Positions 25,275-45,009 of a DNA stretch of 64,000 bases are shown in pieces. A program made the translations under genes and the position numbers. The notes under the pieces are model-generated. The model ran no database searches. It was given only the letters and a program-made list of their open reading frames with translations, and was not told the DNA's origin. Location of the stretch: NCBI RefSeq assembly GCF_009914755.1, contig NC_060937.1. The stretch is one strand, 5' to 3'. Within the stretch, counting starts at the first letter, position 1. Each line of letters starts with the position of its first letter. This DNA is from the human T2T-CHM13v2.0 reference genome, Homo sapiens.

Positions 25275-25713
25275 GAAGGACTTCAGTTAAGTCCTCTTTG
25301 TGCCTCTTACTCCAGTAGGTGGGCTTGAAAACTACCTACTGGATCACAACTGGTAGGCTTTATTCTCCTGAGTGATCATGACTTTTATCACATTCCTTGA
25401 TTAGTGATGTTTCTGTTGAGAATGCTGTTTACCTTCTGTCGTTTATGTTTTGCATTTATATTTTGCATCCCACTCTTGTTTTCAACATAGTGAAAGGAAT
25501 TAGAGCCTTGGGTTGGAGTTTTATTCCTCTGACTTAATGGGCCTGTGACTAGGCAGGTTCCACATTCTGAGAGCTGTCCAGTGAGGGATTAGAAATTCGA
25601 CACTTACTGCTGTGTAATAAGTTAAAGCATGAACATTTAAAATTTTTTGGTTTTTAAAAAAAAAAAACTAAAATTTTTTGGTTTCCGTTTTTTCTTTTTT
25701 TCTGGCTTGATAG

Positions 25714-28700
25714 TTTTATTTTTTATTTTTTAACTTTTATTTTAAGTTCAGGGGTACATGTACAGGTAGAGTGCTTTTGGGAGATATTTTTTACATAGGT
25801 AAATATGTGTCATGGGGGTTTGTTGTGCAGTTTATTTCATCACCTAGGTATTAGCCTAGTAGACATTAGTTATTCTTTTTGATCCTCCCACCCTTGACCC
25901 TCCGATAGGCCCAGTGTGTGTTGTTCCCCTCTATGTGTCAGTGTATTCTTACCATTTAGCTCCCACTTACAAGTGAGAACATACAGTATTTTGTTTTCTG
26001 TGTTAGTTTGCTGAGGATAATGGCCTCCAGCTCCATCTATGTGTCTGCAAAGGACATTATCTCATTCTTTTTTATGGCTGCATAGTATTCCATGCTGTAT
26101 ATATACCACGTTTTTTTTTTTATCCAGTCTATCATTGATATGTATTGAAGTTAATTTCATGTCTTTGCTATTTTGAATAGTGCTGCAGTGAACATATGCA
26201 TGCATGTGCCTCTGTAATGGAATGATGTATATTCCTTTGGGTATATACCCAGTAATGGGATTGCTGGGTCAAGTGGCATTTCTGTCTTTAGGTCTTTGAG
26301 AAATCATTGCACTATTTTCTACAATGGTTGAGCTAATCTGCACTACCACCAACAGTGTATAAGCATTTCTTTTTCTCCACAACCTTGCCAGCATCTGTTG
26401 GTTTTTGACTTTTTAGTCATAGCCATTCTGCCTGGTGTGAGATTGTATCTCATTGTGGTTTAGTTTGCATTTCTCTCATGATCAGTGATGCTGAGCTTTG
26501 TTTCATATGATTATTGGGCACATGTATGTCTTCTTTTGAGAAGTGTCTGTTCATGTCCTTTGCCCATTTTTTAATGGCATTGTTTGTTTTTTTTCCTTGT
26601 AAATTTGTTTAAGTGGCTTATAGATGCTGGATATGAGACCTTTGTAAGATGCATGGTTTGTAAAATTTTCTCCCATTCCGTAGGTTGTCTGTTTACCCTG
26701 TTGATAGTTTCTTTTGCTCTGCAGAAGCTCTTATTTGTCAATTTTTGCTTTTGTTGCAGTTGCTTTTGGTGTCTTCATCATGAAATCTTTGCCCATGCCT
26801 ATGTCCTGAATGGTATTGCCTAGGTTGTCTTTCACAGTTTTTATAATTTTGTGTTTTATATTTAAGTTTTTAATACATCTTGAGTTTATTTTTGTATATG
26901 GTAAAAGGAAGGAGTCCAGTTTCCATCTTCTGCATATGGCTAGCTAGTTATCTTAGCACCATTTATTGAATAGGGAATCCTTTCCCCATTGCTTGTTTTT
27001 GTCAGGTTTGTTGAAGATCAGATAGTGGTAGGTGTGCATCATATTTCTGGGTTCTTTTTTCTGTTGATCTGTGTGTCTGTTCTTGTGCCAACACCATGCT
27101 GTTTTGGTTAATGTAGCTCTGTATTATAGTTAAGTTGGGTAGCGTGATGCCTCTAGCTTTGTTCTTTTTGCTTAGGATTGCTCTGGCTATTCAGGCTCTT
27201 TTTTGGTTCCATACGAATTTAAAAGTAGTTTTTTTCTGGTTCTGTGAAGAATGTCAATGGTAGTTTAATGCGAATAGCATTGAATCTGTAAATTACTTTG
27301 GGCAGTATGGTCATTTTAATGATATTGATTTTTCCTATCTATGAGTGTGGAATGTTTTTCTATTTGTTTGTGTCATCTCTTGATTTCTTTGAGCAGTGGT
27401 TTGTAGTTGTCACTGTAGAGATCTTTCACCTCCCTAGTTAGCTGTATTCCCAGGTAATTTATTCTTTTTGTGGCAATTGTGAGTGGGAGTTTGTTTGTGG
27501 TTTGGCTCTCAGTGGGACTGCTGTTGGTGTATAGGAATGCTAGCAATTTTTGTACATTTATTTTGTATCCTAAGATTTCCCTGTAGTTGTTTATCAGCAT
27601 AAGAAGCTTTTGGGCTAAGATGATGGGGTTTTCTAGATACAGGATCATGTCATTGGCAAACAGGGTTAGTTTGACTCCTCTCTTCCTATCTGAATGCCCT
27701 TTATTTATCTCTCTTGCCTGATTCCCTGCTGAATAGGAGGGGTGAAAGAGGGCATCCTTGTCTTGTGCCAGTTTTCAAGGGGAATACTTCCAGCTTTTGC
27801 CCATTCAGTATGATGTTGGCTGTGGGTTTGTCATAGATGGCTCTTATTATTTTGAGATATATTTCTTCAATACCTAGGTTATTGAGAATTTTTAACCTGA
27901 AGGGATGTTGAATTTTATTGAAAGCGTTTTCTGCATCTATTGAGACAATCATGTGGTTTTTGTCTTTAGTTCTGTTTATATGATGAGTCACATTTATTGA
28001 TTTTTTTATGTTGAGCCAACCTTGTATCCTGGGGATGAAGCCTACTTGATTGTGGTGAATAAGTTTGTTGATGTGCTGCTGGATTCAGTTTGGCAGTATT
28101 TTGTTGAGGATTTTTGCATCGATATTCATCAAGGATATCAGCTTCAATTTTTCTTTTCTTTTTTTTTTTTTGTATCAGGATGATGCTGGCCTCATAGAAT
28201 GACTTAGGGAGGAGTCCCTCCTTTTCAAATTTTTTGGAATAGTTTCAATAGGAATGGTACTAGCTCTTCTTTGCACGTCTGGTAGAATTCAGCTGTGAAT
28301 CTGTCTGGCCCTGGGCTTTTTTTGGTTGGTAGGCTATTACTGCCTCAATTTCAGAACTCATTATTGGTCAGTTCAGGGATTCAGTTTCTTCTTGGTTCAG
28401 TCTTGGCAGGGTATATGTGTTCAGGAATTTATCCATTTTTTTTCTACATTTTTAAGTTTATATGCATAGAGGTGTTTATAATATTCTCCGATGGTTGTTT
28501 GTGTTTCTGTGGAGTATTCCCCTTACCATTTCTTATTTTATTTGAATCTTCTCTCATTTCTTCTTTACTAGTCTAGCTAACAGTTTATGTATTTTATTAT
28601 TTTTTTCAAAAAATCAGCTCTGGGATTTGTTGATCCAATGAATCGTTTTTCATGTCTCTGCCTCCTTCAGTTCAGCTCTGATTTTGGTATTTCCTGTCTT

Positions 28701-30662
28701 CTGATAGCTTTGGGATTTGTTTGCTCTTGGTTCTCTAGTTCTTTTAGTTGTGATGTTAGGTTGTTAACTTGAGATCTCTCTAATTTTTTAATATAGGCAT
28801 TTAGTGTTATAAATTTCTCTCTTAACACTGCCTTAGCTATGTCCCAGAGATTCTGGTACCTTGTATCTTTGTTCTCATTGTTTCAAAGAACGTCTTGATT
28901 TCAGCTTTAATTTTATTATTTACCCAAAAGTCATTTAGGACCAGGGTATTCAATTTCCATGTAATTGTATGGTTTTGAGTGAATTTCTTAGTCTTGAGTT
29001 CTAATTTGATTGCGCTGTGGTCTGAGAGACTGTTATGATTTCAATTCTTTTGCATTTCCTAAAGAGTGCTTTACTTCTGATTATGTGATCGATTGTAGAG
29101 TAAGTGCTGGGATTACAGGCGTGAGCCACCACACCGGCCTGGTTTTTGTTCATATTCTGAATTCTACTTCTGCCCTTTCAGCCATCTCAGCCTCAGCCCA
29201 GTTCCGAACCCTTGCTGCAGAAGTGATGTGATCATTTGGAGGAAAGAGAGCACTGTGGTTTTTTGAGTTTTCAATGTTCTCGTGCTGATTCTTTCTCATC
29301 TTTGTGGACTTTGCTACCTTAAATCTTTGAGGTTGCTCACCTTTGGATTTTTTTTTTCTTTTAATAGTCTGGCTGCTTTTCCACAGGACTGTTGCGGTTT
29401 GCTGGGGGTCCACTGCAGTCCTTAGTCATTTCGGGTTTTCCAGTACCTACCTGAAGGTATCACCAGTGAAGGCTATGAAACAGCAAAGATGGCAGCCTAC
29501 CCCTTCCTCTGGGTGCTCCATCCCAGGGAGGTACAGACTTGTTCCTGGCCCAAACATACCTGTAGGAGGTGGCTGGAGATCCTGACTGGCAGGTCTTGCC
29601 CAGTCAGGAGGAACAGGATTGGAGACCTGCTAAGGAAGCAGCCTGGCCACACTTTCATAGAGCAGCTGTGCTGTGCTGGGGTACCACTTCTGCCTCTAGT
29701 TGGCTTGGGCTCTCTAAAACCTAGAGGCTAGAATGGCTAAGTTGCCCAAATAGCAAAGATGGCAGCCTGCCCCTCCCTCTGGGAGCTCTGTCCCAGGAAG
29801 TTTTCAAATCTTTGTTGGCCAGAGAACATTCGCCAGGGTGTCTGGAGGTCCCCCTTGCGAGGTCATGCCCAGTGATGAAAAACGGATCAGTCTGGTCATG
29901 TTTTGGTAGAGGAGCTGTGCTGTGCTGGGGGATTCCTTCTGGCCTAGGTTGGTTTGGACTCTCCAGGGCCTGCAGGCTGGAACAGCTGAGTCATCCAAAC
30001 AGCAAAGATGGTGGCCTCTACTCCCCACAGGAACTCTGTCCCAGGTAGGGGTGACACTGTTGCCCCTGGTTAGCTGGAATTCCAAGCCAGTGGGTCTTAT
30101 CCTCTGTGGTGCCATGGAAGTGGGGTCCGCAGACCGTTACTGCCTGCTTCCCTGGATTCAGCCCCCTTCCCAGGGGTATGTACGGAAGTCCAACCTCCTG
30201 CGTTGCTGGAGTTGCAGTCACTTTTGCCAGGATACCCAGAGCCAGAGTCTGTAAAACTCCTGGGCCCCTCTGCATGTCTGAGTGGCTGCTCTGCTGAGAC
30301 TCCACACAGCTCTTTGTGTCAGACTGAAGGCCCTGCTGGAGTGGGTTCATGAAGGGATCTCTCCTGACCTGAGGGTTGCAAAGATCCGTGGGAGAAGCAT
30401 GGCATGGTTTCCTGGGGTTGCACATTCACTCACGACTTCACTTGGTGGGGGAGGTTCCTCCGGCTTTGTGTCACTCTCAGGTGGGCCGTCATCCTATCTG
30501 CTTTTCATTGTTCTTTATGGGTTGAGTTGCTTTCCTGATTAGTCCCAATGCAAGTACCTGGATGTTTCAGTTGAAGGTACTGTATTTACTTGCCCCTTTC
30601 ATTCCTCTCTGTGAGAGCCATGCACCATTGCTGCTTCTTGTTGGCCATCTTGGCCCAAATCC
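25714..30662 (-). mobile_element. L1PA11-13-like LINE-1 with both ends, internally deleted
   Basis: 3'UTR at ~25735-25990; ORF2 RT remnants (27373-27991 translations); ORF1 N-terminus at 29150-29300; ~1.3 kb 5'UTR ending GCCATCTTGG (YY1 site). Frameshifted and inactive. Confidence 0.93.
29102..29139 (-). mobile_element. 38-bp Alu 5' remnant at the L1 deletion junction
   Basis: AAGTGCTGGGATTACAGGCGTGAGCCACCACACCGGCC. Confidence 0.92.
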
Positions 30663-31314
30663 TCTGTTTTCTTTTTGCCAGAGTAGAAGTGGTTTCCTCT
30701 TCTTACCTGGACGTTTCACAATGGAATGAATAAGCAAGCTGATATCAATTTATCAGCTTATCTTGTTAGTTTCATTTCTTAGTATATGTGAGGTTTCAAA
30801 TGGTCACAAAGATGAACATTTAAAAGGCCTCCAAACAAGGAAAACTGGCAGTGGGCCAGAACTGACTATTTTAATAGGGATAGAGAGTTTGAGTTTGTTA
30901 CTATCCTGTTGCTTAGGTAATGTTACTGTAAGCAGAGGATAGAGAATAAAGAGAATTGCCCGTATGAGTACATACAAAAATGATGATGAAATGAGGGTAA
31001 TGGGAAAATAATATTTTAGGGATAGAATAAATGCAAAATTCAGAAAAACCAAAGTGGAGTTTATTCTTTTTGTCAGTAGCCACAGATGAGTTGCTAGTAT
31101 CATTTTTAAACACAAATGGCAAGTACTTAAATGTGTTTATATGTGTGGACTACAGCAATATTCTACCAGTTAGCAGCACATGAAATAGCTTGTTCACTTG
31201 CTGGTTCAATTGAAATGTTTTTACTTAAATACCTATTAAACATTGTTGATACTGAATTAGGCTTGTCAGGAGAAAAAATAGAACACTAGTTTTCACAATT
31301 TTTACCCGGTAGTA

Positions 31315-31470
31315 GCTCATGCATGAGGCTAAGCATGTAGTCCTCATACTATCACCTTGAGGTAAAGTCCTGTTATCCACAATTTACATATGGGGAAAGG
31401 AGATTAAGTAACTTCCCTAGGTCAAGCAGGTAGAAATGGCTGCACAAGACTCAAGCCTTTTACTGGTTTT
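31315..31470 (-). mobile_element. MIR
   Basis: TTTACATATGGGGAAA...TTAAGTAACTTCCCTAGGTCA. Confidence 0.65.
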
Positions 31471-31519
31471 CTTCCTAACAGACATAATTTCTTAAGTTCT
31501 GTGAGAAAATTACAAAGAA

Positions 31520-32926
31520 ATCTGGAAGCATCACATTATCCAACTTCAAACTATATTATAAGGCCTTAGTCACCAAAATAGCATGGTACTGGTATAAAAA
31601 TAGACACATAGACCAATGGAACAGAATAGAGAACCCAGAAATAAAGCCACATACAGCCAGCTGATCTTCGACAAAGCAAACAAAAGCATAAAGTGGCAAA
31701 AGGACACCCTATTCAACAGATGGTGCTGGGATAATTGACAAGCCACATGTAGAAGAATGAAACTGGATCCTTATCTTTCACCTTATACTTGAAACTAAGA
31801 CCTGAAACCATAAAGAATCTAGAAGATAACATTGGAAAAACCCTTCTAGACATTGGCTTAGGCAAAGACTTCATGACCAGGAACCCAGAAGCAAACGTAA
31901 CAAAAACCAAGACAAATAGATGGGACTTAATTAAACTAAAAAGCTTCAGTACAGCAAAAGAAATAATCACCAGTTAACAGAAAACCCACAGAGTGGGAGA
32001 AAATCTTCACAATCTATACATCCAACAAAGGACTAATATCCAGAATCTACAAAGAACTCAAATCAGCAAGAAAAAAAAAATCCCATCAAAAAGTGAGCTA
32101 AGGACATGAATAGGTAATTCTCAAAAGAAGATATACAGATGGTCAACAAGCATATGGAAAAATGCTCAACATCACTTATTATCAGGGAAATGCAAATCAA
32201 ACCACAATGTGATACCACCTCACTCCTGCAAGAATGGCCATATCAAAAAATCAAAAACTAATAGATGTTGGTTTGGATGTGGTGAAAAGGGAACACTTTT
32301 ACACTGCTGGTGGGAATGTAAACTACTACAACCATTGTGGAAAACAGTGTCGAGATTCCTTAGAGAACTTAAAAGTAGATCTACCCTTTGATCCAGCAAT
32401 CCCACTACTACGTATCTACCCAGAGGAAAATAAGTCATTATATGAAAAAGATACTTGCACATGTATGTTTATAGCAGCGCAATTTGCAATTGCAAAAATA
32501 TGGAATCCTCCCAAGTGCCCATCAACCAATGAGTGGATGAAAAAAATGTGGTGCATAAATACCATGGTATACTACTCAGCCATAAAAAGGAATGAAATAA
32601 TGGCATTCTCAGCAACCTGGATGGACTTGCAGACTATTATTCTAAGTGAAGTAACTCAGGAATGGTACCCAAACCTCATATGTTCTCACTCATATGTGAG
32701 AGCTAACCTACGAGGACACAAAGGCCTAAGAATGATACATTGGAGTTTGGGGACTTGGGGCAAAGAATGGGGGGTGGCAAAGGATAAAAGACTGCACATG
32801 GGGTACAGTGTACACTGGTCTGGTGATGGGTGCACCAAAAACTCAGAAATCACCAGTAAAGAACTTATTTATGTAACTCAACATCACCTGGTCTCTGAAA
32901 ACCTATTGAAATAAAAAATTTAAAAT
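31520..32926 (+). mobile_element. L1PB1-like, 5'-truncated
   Basis: ORF2 C-terminal translation ([27 protein letters not shown]); L1PB-type 3'UTR; 13-bp TSD AAATTACAAAGAA at 31507-31519 and 32927-32939. Confidence 0.93.
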
Positions 32927-33279
32927 AAATTACAAAGAATTATGACTTTCTAAGGATTGGATAGATATCTTTTTCTTTTTTCTTTGTTTTTTGTTTTTTT
33001 TTTTTTTTCATGGAGCAGAGACTCAGACAAAACTTCATAAAGGAGAGATATATAAGATGAAGTGAAAATCTAAGGTGAGGCCTAAGCATGGAGGGCATTG
33101 AATGTTAGGTGACAACTTGAGGAGTTACTTGAGTCATAGAGCTGTTTTATTTCTTTTGTTCATTTTACCTCTCGTAAACCATTCTGTGCTACTTTTTTCT
33201 CCAGGAAGATTGTTCAAATTTTTGAGGCTTTGTAGTTAAATGCTATTTTGCTTCTAGAGAACTTTTCTTTTTCTCTCTA

Positions 33280-33578
<299 letters not shown>

Positions 33579-33652
33579 AGACCTATTACCTTTGCTTATA
33601 TACTTATGTGTAAATACTGAATATAAATGGATATGAATTGTACATAATTATC

Positions 33653-33947
33653 TTTTTTTTTTTTTGAGATGGAGTCTGTCTCTGTCGCCCAGGCTGGAGT
33701 GCAAGGGTGTGATCTTGGCTCACTGCAACCCCTGTCTCCCGGATTCAAGCGATTCTTCTGCCTCAGCGTCTTGAGTAGCTGGGACTACAGTCATGTGCCA
33801 CTGCACCCAGCTAATTTTTGTATTTTTAGTAGATACTGGGTTTCACCATGTTGGCCAGGCTGATCTCGAACTCCTGACCTCAGGTGATCCTCCCACCTCG
33901 GCCTCCCAAAATGCTGGGATTGCAGGTGTGAGCCACCACGCTTGGCT
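33653..33947 (-). mobile_element. AluSx-like
   Basis: Full dimer; TSD ATTGTACATAA(T/C)TATC. Confidence 0.95.
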
Positions 33948-34162
33948 GGATTGTACATAACTATCTTAAACAGAATAGATGCTAACATTAATCTGTATTG
34001 AGAAGTAATCTAATTCATTTTGATAGTTGGAGTCATTTTCCCCTCCAGATGAAGGCTAATGAGGTTCAGGATTTTGTTTCACATTTCTTGCACCTGCCAT
34101 ACACTAGGCATTCAATCACTATTTGTAGAAGGACAGAAGGATACACTTTTAATTTAAAGTTC

Positions 34163-34458
<296 letters not shown>

Positions 34459-35586
34459 TAATCAATCTTCAAACCTTGGGATGGGCATATTCTAAGCAGT
34501 GCTGATCAAAAAGTAAGTATCAATGATTTCAGGGAAATTCTGGAAGACTCTTAAGTCAGCTATAATTATTAATGGCAAGATTTGGTTCTGGCACACAGAC
34601 TTCAGATAACTAATATTTACTGATAGGAAGAATTGAAAAAATTTTATAGTGAACACCCATATATGTACCACCTAGAGTCTACAATTTACATTTTACTAAA
34701 ATAACTTTATCACATATCTGTATTTTTATGCATCCATCGATCTGTCTATTTTTTCTGGATCCGTTTAAACCAGGTTGACGCCATGCATATTTTTTAACTG
34801 AAATTCAATGTTTGGCTACCTCCCCACCATAAAATTACATACAGTGAAAACATCTAATATTCTGTGAGTTGTGACAAATGCATGTACCTGAGTAACCCAA
34901 ACCTAGAACATTATAGTCATCCCAGAGAGTTCCTCGTACTCCTTTCCAGTTAATCCCTACCTCCATACTCCCAGAGATGGTCAGAGGTTTTTTTTTCCCA
35001 CCATAGATTAGTATTGGCTGTTGTAGAATCTTGTATAAATGGAGTCTTAACAGTGTCAATGAACCCTTTTGAGTAAAACTTCTTTTATTTAACAGAATGC
35101 TTTTGCAATTTGTTCATGTTGTGCTTATCAGCATTTGTTACTTTTACTGATGAGTTGTGGACCATTGTATAAATATACCAGAGTAAGCTAATCCATTCTT
35201 CTACTCATGGAACTCTAGGTTGCTTCCAGTTTTTGGCCATTATGAATAAAACTTCCTTGAATATTCACCCATGAGTCATTTTAAGATTCATGTTTTTATT
35301 CCTTTTGGGTAAATACCTAAGAATGTAATTATCAGGTAGAGAGATGGCATATGCTTGGTTTTAGAAACCTGACAGACCATTTTATTAAGTGATTAAAACA
35401 TTTTGTATTTTCAACAATGTATAACAGATCTCTTTTCCCCAGCATTTCATATGGTCAGCTCTTTTAGACATTCTGATGGCTGTGTATTGATACCCCACTG
35501 TGGTTTTAATTTGAATTTCTGGGATGGCCAGTGATGTCGAGCCCTTTTTCATGCCTTTATGCACCATTTAAAAATTTTCCCCTGGT

Positions 35587-35899
<313 letters not shown>

Positions 35900-36756
35900 C
35901 TATTCAAATCTTTTGCCAATTTGTAAATTTTTTAAAATGTAAGAGTTCATTATCCTAGATACAGATTTTTAAGTCAGATGTATGTTTTTTGGAAATTTTT
36001 TAAAAGTCTGTATATTTTCTTTTTACTTAAAGCTATATTTTCAGGAGCACTTTTAAATATTGATAGAATTTAATTCATCAACTATTTCTTTTATGGTTAT
36101 TACTTTGTATCCTTAAGAAAACATTGCTTTCCCTGTAGATCATACAGATATTCTTCTGTGTTTTCTTCTAGAGGCTTTATAGTTTTAATTCTCATGTCTG
36201 TTATCTATATGAAATTAATTTTTGTGTCTGGTGAGATAAGGGTTCAGATTTCTTTTTTCATATTAATATCCATTTGTTTCATCACCACTTGTGGAAGAGA
36301 CTTTGCTTTTTCTATTGGATTGCTGTAGTACCTTTGAAGAAAGTTGAATGATGCGTAAGTATGAGTCTTTCTTGTTCCATTGATCCATTTGTTGGTCTTT
36401 ATGTCAGTACTGTGGTGTACTGTGGTGTCTCAATTACTGTAGTTTTATGTAAATTTTGAAATCAGGTAGTTTAAGTTTTCCAATTTGTTGTTGTTGTTTT
36501 GCCCTAGGATTGCCTTAGAGTCTAGCTGTTTTTTTTGTTGTTGTTGTTATTTATATAAATATTTTATAATCAATTGTCAGTTTCTAGCAACAATCCTGGG
36601 TATGTTGAATACATAGTTTAATGAGGGGGAAGAGGAGATTGACTTGTTACATGCTACTGTCTTCAAATCATTAGTATCATGTATCTCTCTAATTTACTAG
36701 ATCTTTTAAAAATTTCTTCCAGCAATGTTTTCTGGTTTCTAGTTTAGAAGTATAAC

Positions 36757-36818
36757 TTTTTTTTATTACATTTTATTACATTTTTATTACATTTATTTAT
36801 TTATTTATTTATTTATTT
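36757..36818. repeat. (TTTTATTACA)x3 plus (TTTA)n
   Basis: Read directly. Confidence 0.85.
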
Positions 36819-36828
36819 AAATGCTATT

Positions 36829-36953
36829 TGCTATGGTTGGAATGATGGTGTTCCTCCAATGTATGTTGAAACTTAATCCTAATGCAACATTCTGAAGAGG
36901 TGTGTCCTTTGGGAGGTGATTAAGTAATGAGGGCTCTGCCTTGTTGAATGGGT
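36829..36953 (+). mobile_element. MST/MLT1A-like MaLR LTR 5' fragment
   Basis: TGCTATGGTTGGAATG...ATGTTGAAACTTAATCC...ATGAGGGCTCTGCC. Confidence 0.8.
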
Positions 36954-37239
36954 ACCCTTATATTTAATACAGTGTTGAATGTCGGTGATGAAAATGAGCA
37001 TCCTTAGGTTGTTAAGGATATTAGGAGGAAATTGGTTACTATTTGATCATTTAGTAGATTACAATTAAGATGTTAGCTATAGGAGTTTGTAGATACTATT
37101 TATCTAGTTGAAAAAGTTTTTCCTCTTCCTAGTTTGCTAAGAGTTTATACCATCTGAATTTTGTCGGATGATTTTTCTACATTGATTGAAGTGCCCCTAT
37201 GTATTTCTCCTTTTATTAGTATGATAATAGTTATATGTA

Positions 37240-37828
37240 TTTTCTTAAAATAGCTTCATTGAGGTATAATTTATATATCATAAAATTCACGTGTTTTTAG
37301 CATACAATTCAATGAATTTTAGTGAATTTACAGTTATTTAACTGTAATCAAAATGTACTTTTATAACATTTCCGTTACTCTCCAAATAAATAATATGCTA
37401 ATTTGTAGTTATTTCCAATTCCCACCCCCAGCCTAAGGCAACTACCGATTTACCCTCTCCATGTTTGCCTTTTCTTGACATTTTGTATCCATGGAGTCAC
37501 ACAATGTGTGGTCTTTTGTGCCTGGCTTCTGTGACTTAGTATAACATTTTTGAGGCTCATCTATTTTCCTTTTTATTGCCAAGTAATATTATGTGGATAT
37601 ACCACAGTTTGATTATCCATTTACCAGTTTACGACCATTTGAATTGTTTCTAATTTTTGGCTTTTATGAATAATGCTGATATGAACATTTGCATCTAAGT
37701 CTTCATATGGATATATATTTTCATAGATACCTAGAAGTGAAATTCTGGGTCATATGGTAAATCCTTGCTTTAAGAAACTGCCAGACTATTTCCAAAGTGA
37801 TTATACCACTTTACATTGCCACTGACAA
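37240..37828 (-). mobile_element. L1MB7/8-like 3' end
   Basis: AGCTTCATTGAGGTATAATTTA...AAAATTCAC terminus and downstream ORF2-end motifs. Confidence 0.75.
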
Positions 37829-38637
37829 TTGATTTTTGAATGTTATAAACAATCTTGCATTCTTAGGATAACCCCATGATGTATTTTCCATCTTGCGTAT
37901 TGCTGGATTTGGTTTGTTAACAATTTAAGGATTTGTGTGTCTGTGTTCATCAGAGATTTTGGTCTGCAATTTTATTTCCTTATAATGTCCTTGTCAGGTT
38001 TTGTCTATGAATGATTTTTATAGAATTCACCAATAAAACATTGGCCTGCACTTTTCTTTGTGGGAAGGTTTTTTTTTTTTATAATGGGGTTTTCTTTTTA
38101 ATCTAGATTGTTTGCATTTTCCTTCATCTTGTGTCAGTAAATTGTGTTTTGCAAGGGATTTATTTGTGTCATCTAAGTAGTTGAATTTGTTAGCACACTG
38201 TTCATAAACATTTCTCTGATATTCTTTTAATGTCTGTAGGATCTATACTGATAATCCTTTCCAGATATTGATAATTTATGTTCTCTCTTCTCTCTCTCTC
38301 TCTCTCTGTCTCTTAAGCTTATGGTTTATCAACGTTATTAATATTATTAATTTCAAAGAAAGAAATTTGGCTATGTTAATTCTATTATTTGTTTTTTATT
38401 TTATTAATTTATGTTCTTATTATTACTTTGTCCTACTTGCTGCTATGAGTTTTCTTTGTTCTTTGATTAGCTTTATGAGGTGAAACTGTGGGTCAATAAG
38501 AGCTTTTTCTTTTCTAACACTGTATAACTTCCTCTAGGCACTGCTTTAGCTCATTTTACAGAATTTAATAGAATTTTGATCAGATTAGTTAGGAGTGTTG
38601 TTTTTGAAGGCATTTCTAAAGATTTTGTTGTTATTGA

Positions 38638-39044
<407 letters not shown>

Positions 39045-39350
39045 TGAAAACACCATGAACACTTGTAAAGAATGGTGTTTTATGATTATTGGTTGTAATG
39101 TTTCTAAGCTCTCAATTAAGTCAAGTTAATTATAGTGTTGTTCATATATTTTATGGTTTCACCTATGGGTTTTTTTTGCTTAATTTTATCAGTTATTGAG
39201 AAAGGGTCTTAAGAATCTCAACTATGATTGTGGAATTTTCTTTCTCCTTTTAATTACTTAATATTTCAGTTTTGCTTTATGTATTTTGAAATTCTTAGCA
39301 ATTGTGTGCACATTTGATTGTTATCTGTTCCTCAGGAATTGACCTTTGGG

Positions 39351-45008
<5,658 letters not shown>

Positions 45009-45009
45009 C

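Noticed and set aside
29480-30050. Three spaced AGCAAAGATGG repeats, superficially array-like
   Set aside because: Internal repeats of old L1PA 5'UTRs; primate DNA, not a CRISPR-type array.
32234-32914. 226-aa ORF
   Set aside because: L1PB ORF2 C-terminus reading into its 3'UTR after frameshifts; no promoter or splice context.
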